This document shows, in pieces, positions 11,740 to 23,618 of a stretch of DNA of 64,000 bases. The position numbers were made by a program, and so were the translations under genes. How positions within the stretch are numbered: the stretch's first letter is position 1; every line of letters begins with the position of its first letter. Source of the DNA: Selaginella moellendorffii (lineage: Eukaryota > Plantae > Lycopodiophyta); NCBI RefSeq assembly GCF_000143415.4, contig NW_003314389.1, positions 75,135 to 139,134 of the forward strand. Direction: 5' to 3'. The notes under the pieces are model-generated. The model ran no database searches. It was not told the DNA's origin and was given only the letters and a program-made list of their open reading frames with translations.

Positions 11740-14121
11740 GAGGGTGAAAGCCCAAAGCGTTCGTCTCCCAGACCTTGAGGGGTTTTGTGAGCTCCAAAAG
11801 TATAGTAAGGGGGAGGACTGCAGTGGAGCCAGTTTGGCCCAGGAACGCTATACCCAGTGTTGGGTGATGAGCTACCCACTGGGAAGTCCAAGACTAGAGT
11901 GAACACGGACCGACAAGTGGGGTAACTTAGTGAAGTGTTCAAGAGCCAGCTCTAGTTCCCCCGGGAGATCGACTGGCCAGTGCTCCCAATCCAAGTGTGG
12001 GTGGCACTACCTACTTGGATACCTGGCATGGCTCAATGGAACCTCGCTCTAAGCCCATGGCTAGAGCACCCAAAGGCGGAAGGGAGGGAGAGTACCCACA
12101 GGGCTCGCGTAAGGCCGCAGTGTTCTGAAATGTTACCCCAAAGTCCCAGACTGTGAAAAGGAAGTGGAGCCGTCCTATAGTGTAGAGACCAAGGATACGG
12201 TCATGTGAGGAGGAAGTCCCAGAGGACCGAGGGACTTAGTGGTTGGGCCTGTGGGCCTCGACCCAGTGGTAGTATTGTCGAATACGGCCATGAGTAGAAA
12301 GGGACTTGGTGGGGACTGGAAAAGGAATATTGGGGAAGGCTATTCCCCATGTTTGTAGGCATCCTAAGGATGCTAAGGAGTGGACCTGGGATGATCGCTA
12401 ATGAACGGATGGCCAGTCTTTGAGAGACAGGACTATGATGGAGGTGGTGTTAGACCACCGATGTGACCAAGGTGAATGGGCATAGCCTTAACATAACGGG
12501 CTGATATGTTGGTGGTACCTTGGGGTGTCGGTCATGGGATCGGACACATGGAGCACTTGGATTAAGTACAAAGGTTGAGTGGCGGGGATGCCATTCTCAG
12601 GGCTAGCAAGCCCAAGTCTGAAATAGGACTTATGGAGGTTGTGAGTGAGACTCCTCCAAATGGTCAGAGGTGTGGTTAAGTGACTAAAGTAGAATGGAAA
12701 AATTAGTCGCTTACAATTTGGTATCAAAACTGTTCCTTAGTCCAACTTTTATTGGTGTTGAAGTATATCATCACTAGTGTTGGCATCGGAAAGTCCTAGG
12801 AGTGGGCTTGTCCATGAGGAGTAGCAAGTCAGGAAGACATGGCTCTCCACTACAGTTCACGTGTGAACTTGCAGGCAAGGTGGTGGATAGAAAAGGGCCA
12901 ATAATGGAACGACTTTGGGATCTTGGGAACAGTGTAAGGCTTTCCTTAGAAAGTTGAGGATGTGATCCAGATGAGTGTTTAACGTAGGCAACTGGCTAAT
13001 GTAGTTGTGGTAAACAACTATAGTTGGGATCACGTGAAAGATAGAGACTCCAAAGCAATAAAGGAGTCACAAGATTATCCTCATATAGTTGAGGTTGGTT
13101 CTCATGAATGTGAGACCAGAAGTAATGACCGCGAGAGGTCAAATATGGAAAAGGACACAAGTCCTTGAAATGGTAGCTAGAACTACCTTTAATAAATGCT
13201 GGAACAACCCAAAGAGTTGGGGGTGTACTTAGAGATGAGTTGGTATTCTCATCACATGGACAAGTAGTCCTAAGGGGCAAAGGTTGGCCCCAAAAAACAA
13301 AATGAAGTGTCAAAGTAACACTTGCAAAATGGTCTTTATGAATAGGACATGAATACAAGAAGTTGTATTCCAATGAGCTGGCACCTCAAAAGTAAGACCT
13401 TATAGGTCGGGGGATTAGGAAAAGTCCAAAATGCTGAATGACTAAGTGGAGTCAAGGAATGGTCCTAAAGGACAAATGGAAGCATTTGGACTGAGGTGTG
13501 TTGTGCCCCACGGAGGATGAGGAGGATTATAAGGATCCAAGTATGAAAATAGAGGGTATCTCATTGATAGCAGAATGTGCCATACTAAAGTCATGGGAAA
13601 GGTGTTCTCCAAAAGAAAGCAACTTTGGCATAGAGTTGTGTGTGAACACTATGGTGCAGTGCTAACAGATAGTTGGCATGAGAAACGATTGCTTTGGTCT
13701 TTGGAGAAGGGAGAAAAAGACAAGCTCGAGGATTCAAGCTTAGGAAAGTAAACTTGAGAGGTTCAAGGTTAGGACTATATTCCTAACCTTGACGTGAGCA
13801 ATAGCGACTATAAAAGTAGGACTTAGAATGTTTTTAGACTTATCCCTAATACAAAATACATTGCAATACATCGTCTTTTTGCCTATCTCTTCGGCTCTTC
13901 ACAGCAATGTCTTACTTACCCACCGCCTTCAAGGGATCAAAGGCGTGGGACTAGCACCTTCAAGCACTTGTTCACAGTCTCAACTTGGCTTGGCACAAGC
14001 AGGTAAGTGCATTCTTCTTGTAGTGTAGTTTTAGATTTAGGGACTAGATTAGATTTGAATCTCCTAGGAAGATCTCGTGTGGACGTTTTCCTCCCAGTCC
14101 AGAGAGTCCAGGAGTTTTCAC

Positions 14122-14138
14122 TGGCGACCACGGTGGGA
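14122..14138 (+). promoter_or_regulatory. Primer binding site, probably for tRNA-Arg(UCG)
   Basis: TGGCGACCACGGTGGGA, 1 nt after the LTR, is complementary with one difference to the recalled plant tRNA-Arg(UCG) 3' end TCCCACTGTGGTCGCCA. Confidence 0.75.
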
Positions 14139-14205
14139 TAGAGCAGATCAAGACGATCATTTTCCCCAAAACTTCAAGGAAAACGGACCAAAGACGCTCA
14201 AGAAA

Positions 14206-15661
14206 ATGGCATAGGAAGAAAAAGCCCCAAAAATCAAGAAAAACAAGACCGTAAAACAAAACAAAAAAAAAGGTGGAAGAGCATGAAGGAATGAAGAAAA
14301 AAAATGGAGCGTAAGACCAAAAGATGAAGAACACTTGAAGATTGAAGCCACCCAAGTCGTGGAAAACTTGGAGCGTACGCGTAACTGTTTTTGGCGAGAG
14401 GTTGAAGAAAGCAAATATTCCAAGAATCTGCGAGAAGGAAACGACCAAGGGAAAATTCTAGCAGCTGGAGATGGAGGAAGAATGAAAAAGCACGACTGCC
14501 CATTTGGAGACACAAGCTGTACAAGATACGAGGACTGCCTTTTGTGTGGTTTCAGAAATTGTGCAAAACCGTACAAGCAATGCTATCCAAAATGGCGATG
14601 TAACACTTGCAAGCAAGCAAAAGCTAGACTCCGAATCAAGGATGAAAATGCCATAGTGGAGGAGAGAAGAAAACGAGAAGAAATAGCCCAAGAAAACGAC
14701 ACTAAAAAGAGAGACGATAGTTTAGAACAAGCAGCGAAACAAAGCTTTAGTTGCTTACAAAAACTTCAAGAAACGATTCTGCGACTCTTCTACAAATTGT
14801 CTAGCAGATAGGAAGGATGCAAAAATGAGGAAATGTTGAAAGAAAAATATGTTTACTTCGATTTCTTTGCAACTCGAAGAATCCTGACTTGGGTGTATCG
14901 CGAACACCTTTCAACAAACAATTGTCGAATTCCTAGGCATACACAAACATGAAACGTTTCAACCATTAACGCTTGCTTTCAACACTGATTTGACGAGAGT
15001 CATAGCAGCAACAGAGTGTGGTACCTTTGAACCACAAGTTCGTTGGTTTGTGGACACTCTTAGATTTAGAGATTTTGAAGAGAACGCGGAATTACTTTAC
15101 CGACTTCTTCAAAGTCCTCTTCGTGTAACGCTACCAACAAGCACTCTTATCGAACTATATACTATAGCATATTGGCACCGTTTAGGACGGATGAGAATAG
15201 CTGGGGAATTAAGAAATCAAGGACAAGGCCATCAACAAAATCGAATCCGGAATTCGAGATTAAGAAACCGACGGGACCCTGAACTTGAGACAAGTTCAAG
15301 CGAACGACTTGGAAACTCGAGGATAACAAGTCGAAGGAGAAGAAATTTAAGACAGGATCACAATAGGCCAAGATTAAATACAGTACCGAACTTCAACTTT
15401 GACACTGAGGTCCAACGCCGAAACCCCAGCCTAGAGCAACATATCACTCACAACCAACAAGGAAGAGTGCGTCCAAGCAGTCTCTACATATTGAGGAGTA
15501 TTTTAGGAGATCCTGCATCAAGGATTCATACTTATTATGCAAGAGTATTAATTGAGACTATCCCTCCGGAAGTTCGTGAAGCAATCGACTCTGATCGTTC
15601 AAGAGAACGTGCTATACAACTGAGGGAAGTAGGACACCACCGGCAAGCACATCATCTTTGA
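14206..15661 (+). pseudogene. Disrupted extra ORF upstream of gag (basic N-terminus, Cys cluster, coiled coil, Arg-rich region)
   Basis: ATG at 14206 is in frame with ORF 14335-14811 and that frame runs to 14952 through three stops (TAG, TGA, TAG). A second frame is open from 14888 to 15661. Cys cluster CPFGDTSCTRYEDCLLCGFRNCAKPYKQCYPKWRCNTC. Confidence 0.55.
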
Positions 15662-16202
15662 GATGCACCATCACGAAATTGATCATAGAGAAAATTGCGC
15701 TGGATAAACCCGCGCACACATAGGCTTAAAGCAGCAAAAATCTGTTGGAAACTATATTGTGACGTGTGAACGTCATTAGAGACTAGAAACATACAAGAAT
15801 TAGGACATTAAAATACAACTACTGCTGTATTCAGCATTTTCAAATACTACCAACGACTGGGAAACACAAACACTCATAGTGAGAGCTCGCATTCCAGTAC
15901 GACCAAGATATTGTAAGAGACCAAAACAATTGTTCAAGAATTTAGATAAGATTGGACTCCTAAAGAGAGTTGCAATCGTTTGCATAGCTGCTCGATCCCA
16001 AACTTGGAGAGCAGCACCAAATATCACTAGCAAACAGCTATATCGATCAATTTATGACACAACCGACCTCCTTCCACAAACAAAATCGTACTTACATACA
16101 CCACCAGATTTTTCAAATACAAGACCTTTTCTGAGCTAGATACAGGAAAGTGATCTCGAAAAGAAACTCGGGAAGAATCGAGAAAGAAAAAAAAACTCGA
16201 TT

Positions 16203-16345
16203 GAAGACTCAAGACACAAGAGCTTGACTTCGTATTTATACAACAAAATCACACTTGCAGAAGACTCAAGACACAAGAGCTTGACTTCGTATTTATACAA
16301 CAAAACCAAACTTGCAACAGACTCAAGACGTAAGAGCTTGATTTT
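16203..16345 (+). repeat. About 57-60 bp tandem repeat (about 2.5 copies) upstream of gag
   Basis: agactcaagacacaagagcttgacttcgtatttatacaacaaaa..cttgca is repeated. Confidence 0.85.
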
Positions 16346-16446
16346 GCAATCTATGAAGAACAACATTTGACTCAAGACAATTTAGGCAACACATAAATTC
16401 AGGAAACTTACCTCAACATTCACGTTGAGAAGACTCAGCAAATTGA

Positions 16447-18582
16447 ATGTACAAACACAAACCAGACCCAATCAAGATCCGGGAAAGAGATCTTCGACAA
16501 AAGAATCGAGAAGTGAAAAAGGAAGGGATAGAAAAAGAGAAATTAGAACAACAACAGCAACAAATTTTAGAAATGATATTAGAAAAATACGACAAGGAGG
16601 ATAAAGAGATTCAAGTTGCCGAGTCGAGCAACCCAGTTAAAGATAACAAAGAACTAAATATCGAAGACGCCCCAGAGTTTGAGGCATTTGAAGAAGCAGA
16701 ATACATAGCACCAAAGTTTTACTTAAATCCAGACTCACCAGAACAACAATTTCACCAACAAAGTCTACAACTTCAAATGGCAATCATCAACCCAGCGACA
16801 GCCATAGGGAACATGATTTCCTATCCCATTTTTACTGGTGGAAAAACCGAAGATGCAAACCAGCATCTTAAACAATTTGATCAAATTGTAAAGATGAACA
16901 AACAGGAAGTGCATCGAGAAATACTTTTCCCATACACACTTAAAGGAAAAGCACTCGATTGGCATAATACACTCGATGATGCTTTGACCCATGATGAAAA
17001 GGTCACACAATTCAAGGAGCAATTCCAGACCGGTGGAACTCCAAAAGAACACTATGAGATCATCAAAAACTTCAAGCAAAAATCACGTGAAGGAATTCAA
17101 GATTACACTCGACGATTTAAGTTTCATGCAAAGCGCTGCAAAGATTTGATAACAGATAAAGGAAAGAGCTTATCCTATATCCAAGGACTAAAAGAAATCT
17201 ATAGAAACATGGTAGCAATTGCTGCTGCAACAGAGAATCCAGATGATGAAAGTGTTGATACACTCTCCAAAGAAATCCTCACATTGGAAAAGAGATTCAA
17301 GCAATTCACAAAAGCTATACCTTCACAAACCGATGACGGTTCAGATGATGAAGAAGAGGAAGAAATACGCATTAAGACAAAGAAGAAAACACCCAAAGAC
17401 CAAGACTTGAAGGATATAATCAGGAAAATCTCGCAAACCGAACTCAAAGCAGGAGTGTGGTGTACAAAAGGTAAAAACGAGGGACATACATATTCGGAAT
17501 GCAAGTTACAGCTTCCAAAGTGTCAAATTTGTGAAAGAGAAGGCCATACAGCCAAGAAATGCCGATACAGGAATACAATGNNNNNNNNNNNNNNNNNNNN
17601 NNNNNNNNNNNNNNNNNNNNNNNNNNNNNNNNNNNNNNNNNNNNNNNNNNNNNNNNNNNNNNNNNNNNNNNNNNNNNNNNNNNNNNACAATTATTATCAA
17701 CGTGATGATAATTTGTATAATCAAAGACAAAACTATTACCAGCAAGACAATAGCAACTACAATAGAATACCCCCTCAAGATCAAAGACCAAACAACTATA
17801 CTGGAAATTATGGAAGAAACTACAATACATATCAGCAACGTGATGGACCTCAGGACAACTATCAACGTCCTCCCCCACGAAATTACAATTATGATCAAGA
17901 ACCATATCGGAATTATAATCAAAGACCACCCCAGGCTCAAGGTTACAATTACAACCAGCAACCTGCACCGCAGCAAGATAATCGTCCCCAACAACCTTAC
18001 CAAAATGCAAATCGCGAAAATAACCAAGGAGTAAACAATCAGGCTCCGAGGCCAAGACCACCAGCAGCACGAAATGTTGAGGTGGAAATTGACGACCCAC
18101 AAACTTTTGAAGAACCAGCAATACGAACTATCACGAGACAACAATCCAAGTATCAGCAACCAGATAATCTGGAAGAACAAGATTACAATGATGAAGTTGA
18201 AATTATCCCAGAAACCGAATGGAAGAAAAGCAAGAAAATACTTAAAGCAATTCAAGCTGAATTGCAAGCACAAGATCCAGAAACAATCAAAGAACACGAC
18301 AAACAATCAAACAATCAAGAAACAAGAAGTTTTACCCAAGAGGAGTTGGCACCTGTTCAGCAGAAAGAAAAGTTTCATGTGGAAGAGCAAGCTGAAGCAA
18401 GGTTGAAGCAAAACCTGGTGGAAGATGAACAGCCTGATCAGATTGAGCAACCAGCAGAAGAAGACAAAGACCTGCAGTGGATAAAGGAGTTTCAGACGCA
18501 GGAACTTGAGGTGGTGCTTCCGAAGTTTTGTGAGCAGACGGAGCAGAAGAAAAATTCAATGCCAGAGTTTGACGTGGAATAG
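16447..18582 (+). CDS. Retrotransposon Gag-like protein (spans the N gap 17581-17686)
   Basis: Capsid-like YPIFTGGKTEDANQHLKQF, LFPYTLKGKALDWH and FKQKSREGIQDYTRRF; knuckles CTKGKNEGHTYSEC (degenerate) and CQICEREGHTAKKC; then a Q/N/Y/P/R-rich tract and an acidic tail. No protease, RT or integrase motif. Frame continuity across the gap is unverified. Confidence 0.85.
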   Translation: MYKHKPDPIKIRERDLRQKNREVKKEGIEKEKLEQQQQQILEMILEKYDKEDKEIQVAESSNPVKDNKELNIEDAPEFEAFEEAEYIAPKFYLNPDSPEQQFHQQSLQLQMAIINPATAIGNMISYPIFTGGKTEDANQHLKQFDQIVKMNKQEVHREILFPYTLKGKALDWHNTLDDALTHDEKVTQFKEQFQTGGTPKEHYEIIKNFKQKSREGIQDYTRRFKFHAKRCKDLITDKGKSLSYIQGLKEIYRNMVAIAAATENPDDESVDTLSKEILTLEKRFKQFTKAIPSQTDDGSDDEEEEEIRIKTKKKTPKDQDLKDIIRKISQTELKAGVWCTKGKNEGHTYSECKLQLPKCQICEREGHTAKKCRYRNTMXXXXXXXXXXXXXXXXXXXXXXXXXXXXXXXXXXXXNYYQRDDNLYNQRQNYYQQDNSNYNRIPPQDQRPNNYTGNYGRNYNTYQQRDGPQDNYQRPPPRNYNYDQEPYRNYNQRPPQAQGYNYNQQPAPQQDNRPQQPYQNANRENNQGVNNQAPRPRPPAARNVEVEIDDPQTFEEPAIRTITRQQSKYQQPDNLEEQDYNDEVEIIPETEWKKSKKILKAIQAELQAQDPETIKEHDKQSNNQETRSFTQEELAPVQQKEKFHVEEQAEARLKQNLVEDEQPDQIEQPAEEDKDLQWIKEFQTQELEVVLPKFCEQTEQKKNSMPEFDVE

Positions 18583-20911
18583 GCAGCAGCTGGTCAAGCT
18601 GGCTTGGAGCAGAAAGCTGTTGTGAAGAAGAAAGAAGAAGATGTTGGACAACAAAGAGGTGTAGAAGTTCAGAACCTTGTGGAGCAGCCATCAAGAGGAG
18701 CCGTATACCCAGGCCAAAGTTTGCACTTGAAGGTGGCTGGTGTGAAGTTGGTGAAGAGACGAGGAAGTGTGTTTCTCAAGTTCTGGTGGGACAGAGGCAA
18801 GCTGGTTTCATCCTTTGTAGCTCTGTAGGAGTAGAGGAAGTAAGTAGTAAAGCAGCAAAACTGAAAGCCATCCAAGAGAAGTCGTGGCTGTTTCAAGTCG
18901 GATGTTTAAAGTTTCGAGAAGAGGCGTTTGTGCAACTGATCTCGGGAAGAAGCTGGTCAAATTCAGATCACAAGACTTTGAGGAAGCAGCTCAGACTTAT
19001 GAAGAGGAGGAAGAGGAGGAGAAGCCACATGAGGGAGCAGCTACCCACGATGCAGCAATGGAGCAGTGACTGCGGGACGCAGCACAAGGCAGTCGTGGGA
19101 GAGTGGAGAAGGGAGAAAAAGACAAGCTCGAGGATTCAAGCTTAGGAAAGTAAACTTGAGAGGTTCAAGGTTAGGACTATATTCCTAACCTTGACGTGAG
19201 CAATAGCAACTATAAAAGTAGGACTTAGAATGTTTTTAGACTTATCCCTAATACAAAATACATTGCAATACATCGTCTTTTTGCCTATCTCTTCGGCTCT
19301 TCACAGCAATGTCTTACTTACCCACCGCCTTCAAGGGATCAAAGGCGTGGGACTAGCACCTTCAAGCATTTGTTCACAGTCTCAACTTGGCTTGGCACAA
19401 GCAGGTAAGTGCATTCTTCTTGTAGTGTAGTTTTAGATTTAGGGACTAGATTAGATTTGAATCTCCTAGGAAGATCTCGTGTGGACGTTTTCCTCCCAGT
19501 CCAGAGAGTCCAGGAGTTTTCAGTCTTGGCACAAGTGGGGAGTGTCGTAAAAGTAGGCTTATAGAGCCGAGGGTGTGGAGACACCGAATGTGCCAAGGTG
19601 TGTTGCCTTGAGGTCAAGTTAGTGGGTTTATGAGAACCCCTTCCCAGAGGAATCCTAATGGAAATGGGAATAGCATGGCCTAAGCTGGAAGGCATGCAAT
19701 TGGAGTGTGGTGACCCAGATAATGATGGAGGTGTGGAAGCACCAAGCAATGAGTTGTAGGACTTGACAACTATGGGGCAACTAAGCAAGAGGTGCAAGGT
19801 AATTGGTTAAACGGGTAGAAGGTAGCTACCTAAGACTTCTTAATGGCATAAAGAAGTTAGATATACCCTTATCGGGGATAAGTTGCTTATGTTGCGATAT
19901 AGTGAGTCAATGTCATAAAAGGAAATGCTCGTTGTTAAGGAGGCCATCATTGGAACACCCAAACACTCTAGAACACCAAGAGGTGGTGTTTAGTGTCGCA
20001 ACGGCATTAGATAAGGCCCAAGGGACTAAGTCCCTAGCGAATGATGGATAGAAGGCACTATCCAAACGTCTAAGGTTGCAAAGACGGGAAAAATCTCTCT
20101 ACTCGACTTAAACAAAGCTAAAAAAGGAATTTGGCGAGGCTAATGATGGGCATATAAAGGCCCATGAGTAGCAACATTAATCCCAGTATGTGGAATTACA
20201 AAGTGAGCATACCCGGATTGAGGAACCACTCCCAAAGCTATCGGGTAGGTTCATCCCTATGAATACTTGCTAAGGCATAGTAGAAAGTGCAAAGCTACCC
20301 TCCTATTCTAGAGGAGAATAACTGAAGGAAATATATAAGGCCAAAAAGAAAAGTAGTAAAGGGATGGGACTGAGCCATAGGAATTGAAGGGCATAACCAA
20401 GGGTGGTTATGTAAATTGGGAGTGGAGAATCAAGTGGGTGCTCGAGTGTGTTGCCGCTAGCAATTGTGATGCCATGAAGAGTCTAAGTATGGAATTGTCC
20501 ATGTTAGACCATATGGCAATTTAAAAGCTTGCGAAAAGAGAGGCTCTAGCTAGCTAAGGGATGGAGTTCCTTTAAAGGTTCCCAAAGGCAATTCTAGGTA
20601 GAGTAGTACCTAGACAGACAAGTGTAAATGGCTCATAAAACGCGTGAAATCAGAGTGGCAGAGCAGAAACGTGGTCTTGAAGCTGGTTATGAGGCAAGGC
20701 TATCAAGGTTAGGGAAGTAGTTCCCAAGTGTTCAAAGTGAAGGCTTTGAACAAAAGTCGATGGTTAAAGACTTTCATGCTTATGCATGAACCATGTTACG
20801 ATGGCCGGATGACTTGCTACGCGAGATTGGCGAGTCAGGGGAACAAATCCCCTAGTTGAAGGTGCTAACTTCAAAAGGGGTGGCCCATGGGGCTGAGCAT
20901 GAAGGAGTCCT

Positions 20912-21026
20912 TTCAAGTCGGAGCTTTTAGTCCAAACGTGTTACATTCGTTTGGCTTTTGCTTTAGCCACTACCACGTGGCAGCCTTTTGGCTCCACTTC
21001 GGGGCCTAGAGATTTTTTGTCTCACA
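20912..21026 (-). repeat. Inverted fragment of the LARD LTR 5' end
   Basis: Reverse complement of tgtgagacacaaaatccctaggcccc...agctccgacttgaaa (10974-11089). Confidence 0.9.
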
Positions 21027-22400
21027 ACTAGATTCATTGGAAAGAATCCAAATGGGAAAGTTAGTTGAGGAACACTAATGTGTTAGATGCTAATAAATTG
21101 TAGGAAAAGAAGTGTGCTTCCAAGAATAAATTCCCAAATGCTCTAATTTAGCAGCTCCAAGGGAGGGAGCAGCGAGGTAGCCAAATGATAGGGCTATGGA
21201 CAGCTCTAATACAAATTATGTAAAAATGAAATTTAGTGCTTAGAGTGGCATGAAATAGAAAAGAGGATGAACTTCCTAAGATAGGGAAGTGGAATTTGCA
21301 CAATATGTGCAATGAAAGGTATCGAAGACATCTAGAAATTGACTTCATGAAGTCAAAATTAAAAGTTCCAAAGATGAATGGTTATATCGATAGAGGTTGA
21401 GACGACTCGAGAATGTTAGTGGGATTGAGATAGAGAAGGTGTCTCTAACAAGTTTAGCAAGAACTAAACCAATAAGAAGGGGAGAACCACCCTAGGTGGT
21501 CGAATGAATCTCTATACTGGAGAGACTATACTCCTTAGAGGATGGACAAGGCATGGTGACCCTTTAGTGTCAAACATTGATGAATATTAGGTGGGTGCCA
21601 AGGATCTCAGTGCCAAGGATGGAAAGGGTAATACATGTTAGTATTACTTTATAAAATGGTTTACCATTCGATGAGGACATCAAACTTTGTCTATAGGTGG
21701 TGGAGTTGTGAGACATAAAATCCCTAGGCTCAAGGAACGAGCACAAAATAAGCAATAAATGAACCTCTAAAAAAGGGGGATAAAAGGACCAACACATGAC
21801 ACGTGGAAGTGTCCGAGATGGAGTCCAAGATGAACACGAGATGGAGTCTGAGATGGACCCGAGAGGGAGTCCAAGATGGACCTGAGACAGAGTCCAAGAT
21901 GGACCCAAGATGGACTCCGAGATGAATTGAGATGGAGTTTGAGATGGACCCAAGATAGAGTCCAAGATGAACCTGAGACGGAGTTCGAGATGGACCCGAG
22001 ACAAAGTTCGAGATGGACCCGAGATGGAGTCCGAGATGGACCCGAGATGGAGTCTGAGATGGAGTTCAAGATGGAGTCCGAGATAGAACCGGAATCGAGA
22101 CCGAGATCGAGTCCAAGTCAAAGTTCGAATACCAATACAGGCTGTTGGGTGAAAGCCCAAAGTGATCGCCAATGGACCCCAATGGAGCCAGTTGGCTAGG
22201 AAAGGCCAGTTTGGCCCAAGAAGGCTGTAACCAGGTGTTGGGTGATGGGATAACCACTAGGAAGTCCAAGGCTAGAGTGAATATGCACCAACAAGTGGGG
22301 TAGCTTGCTGAAGTGTTCAAGATCTAGCTCTAGTTCCCCCAGGAGATCAAATGGTCAATGCTCCTAGTCCAAGCGTGGGCAGCACTACCTACTTAAATAC

Positions 22401-23618
22401 TGTGAGACACAAATCCTTAAGCCCCAAAGTGGAGCCGAAAGGGTGCCAAGTGGTAGTGGCCGAAGCGAAAGCCAAATGAGCATAACACATTTGGAATAAA
22501 AGCTCTCATTTGAGGAGTCCAAGATGAACCGAGATGGAGTCTAAGATGGACCTAAGATGGAATCCGAGATGGAGTCCGAGAAGGATCCAAGATGGAGTCC
22601 GAAGTCGAGACTGAGAACGAGACCGGGACCAAGACTGAAACCGAGACCAGGACCGAGACTGAGACTGGGACCGAGACCGAGACCGAGGCTGAGGCCGAGA
22701 CCGAGCCCAAGCTCAAGGTCGAGTTCAAGTCCGAGTCCGAGTCCGAGTCCAAGTCCGAATCCGAGTTTAAGTCTAAGAGGGTGAAAGCCTAAACGTTCAT
22801 CTCCCAGACCCTAGGGGGTTTGGTGAGCTCCAAAAGTATAGTAGGGGGAGGACTCCAGTGGAGCCAGTTTGGCCAAGAAAGGCTAGTTTGGCCCAAGAAG
22901 ACTGTACCCAGGTGTTGGGTGATAGGATAACCACTGGGAAGTCCAAGGCTAGAGTAAATACAAACTAACAAGCGGGGTAGCTTGGTGAAGTCTTCAAGAG
23001 CCAGCTCTAGTTCCCCCAGGAAATCAAACAGCCGATGCTCCCAGTCCAAGTGTGGGTGGCACTACCTACTTGGTTACCTAGCGTGGCTCAATAGAACCTC
23101 GCTCTGAGCCCATGGCTAAAGCACCCAAAGGTGGAAGGTGGGGAGAGTACCTATGGGGCTTGCGTAGGGCCACGGTATTCCGAAATGTTGTCCCAAAGTC
23201 CCAGACTATGGAAAGGAAGAGGAATGATCCTCTGGTGTAGTGACCAATGATATGGTCATGTGGTGAGGAAGTCCCAAAGGATAGTGGGACTTAGTGGTCG
23301 GGCCTGTGGACCTTGTCCTAGTGGCAGTGTTGGCAAACACAGCCATGGACAGAAAAGGGACTTGATGGAGACTATAAAAGGGATATTGGAGAAGGTTATT
23401 CCCCATGTCGGCGGGCATCTTAAGGATGCTAAGGAGTGGACCTAGGATGGTCACTCATTGATGGATGGCCTAGTCTTTGAGAGTTGGGACTATGATGTAG
23501 GTGGTGTTGGACCATTGGTGTGACCATGGGGAATGAGCATGGCCTTAGCGTAATGGGCTAGTATGTCGGTGGTACCTTGGGGTGTCGGTCATGGGATTGA
23601 ACATGTGGAGCACTAGGA
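22401..23618 (+). mobile_element. LARD-family LTR inserted in the 3' LTR of copy A, truncated at its 3' end
   Basis: A new tgtgagacac start lies mid-LTR; the sequence is collinear with 29188 to about 30910 and stops at gagcactagga. Confidence 0.85.

Larger units (their letters stand above)
13702..19522 (+). mobile_element. Young gag-only non-autonomous LTR retrotransposon (probably non-chromovirus Ty3/gypsy-derived) nested in LARD copy A
   Basis: 419-bp LTRs at 13702-14120 and 19104-19522 (TG...CA) with only two differences seen; TSD GTCTT at 13697-13701 and 19523-19527; the empty site ggtcttggca is present in LARD copy B near 32305; PPT-like gtgggagag at 19095-19103. Confidence 0.95.
10974..22400 (+). 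mobile_element. Large apparently non-coding LTR element (LARD-like), copy A
   Basis: 5' LTR 10974-12715 (TGTGAG...CTTACA); degenerate iMet PBS tggtatcaaaac at 12719-12730; internal region homologous to 31323-35274; PPT-like ggtggtggagt ending at 21706; 3' LTR from 21707, interrupted at 22401. No gag or pol motifs recognised. Confidence 0.85.
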
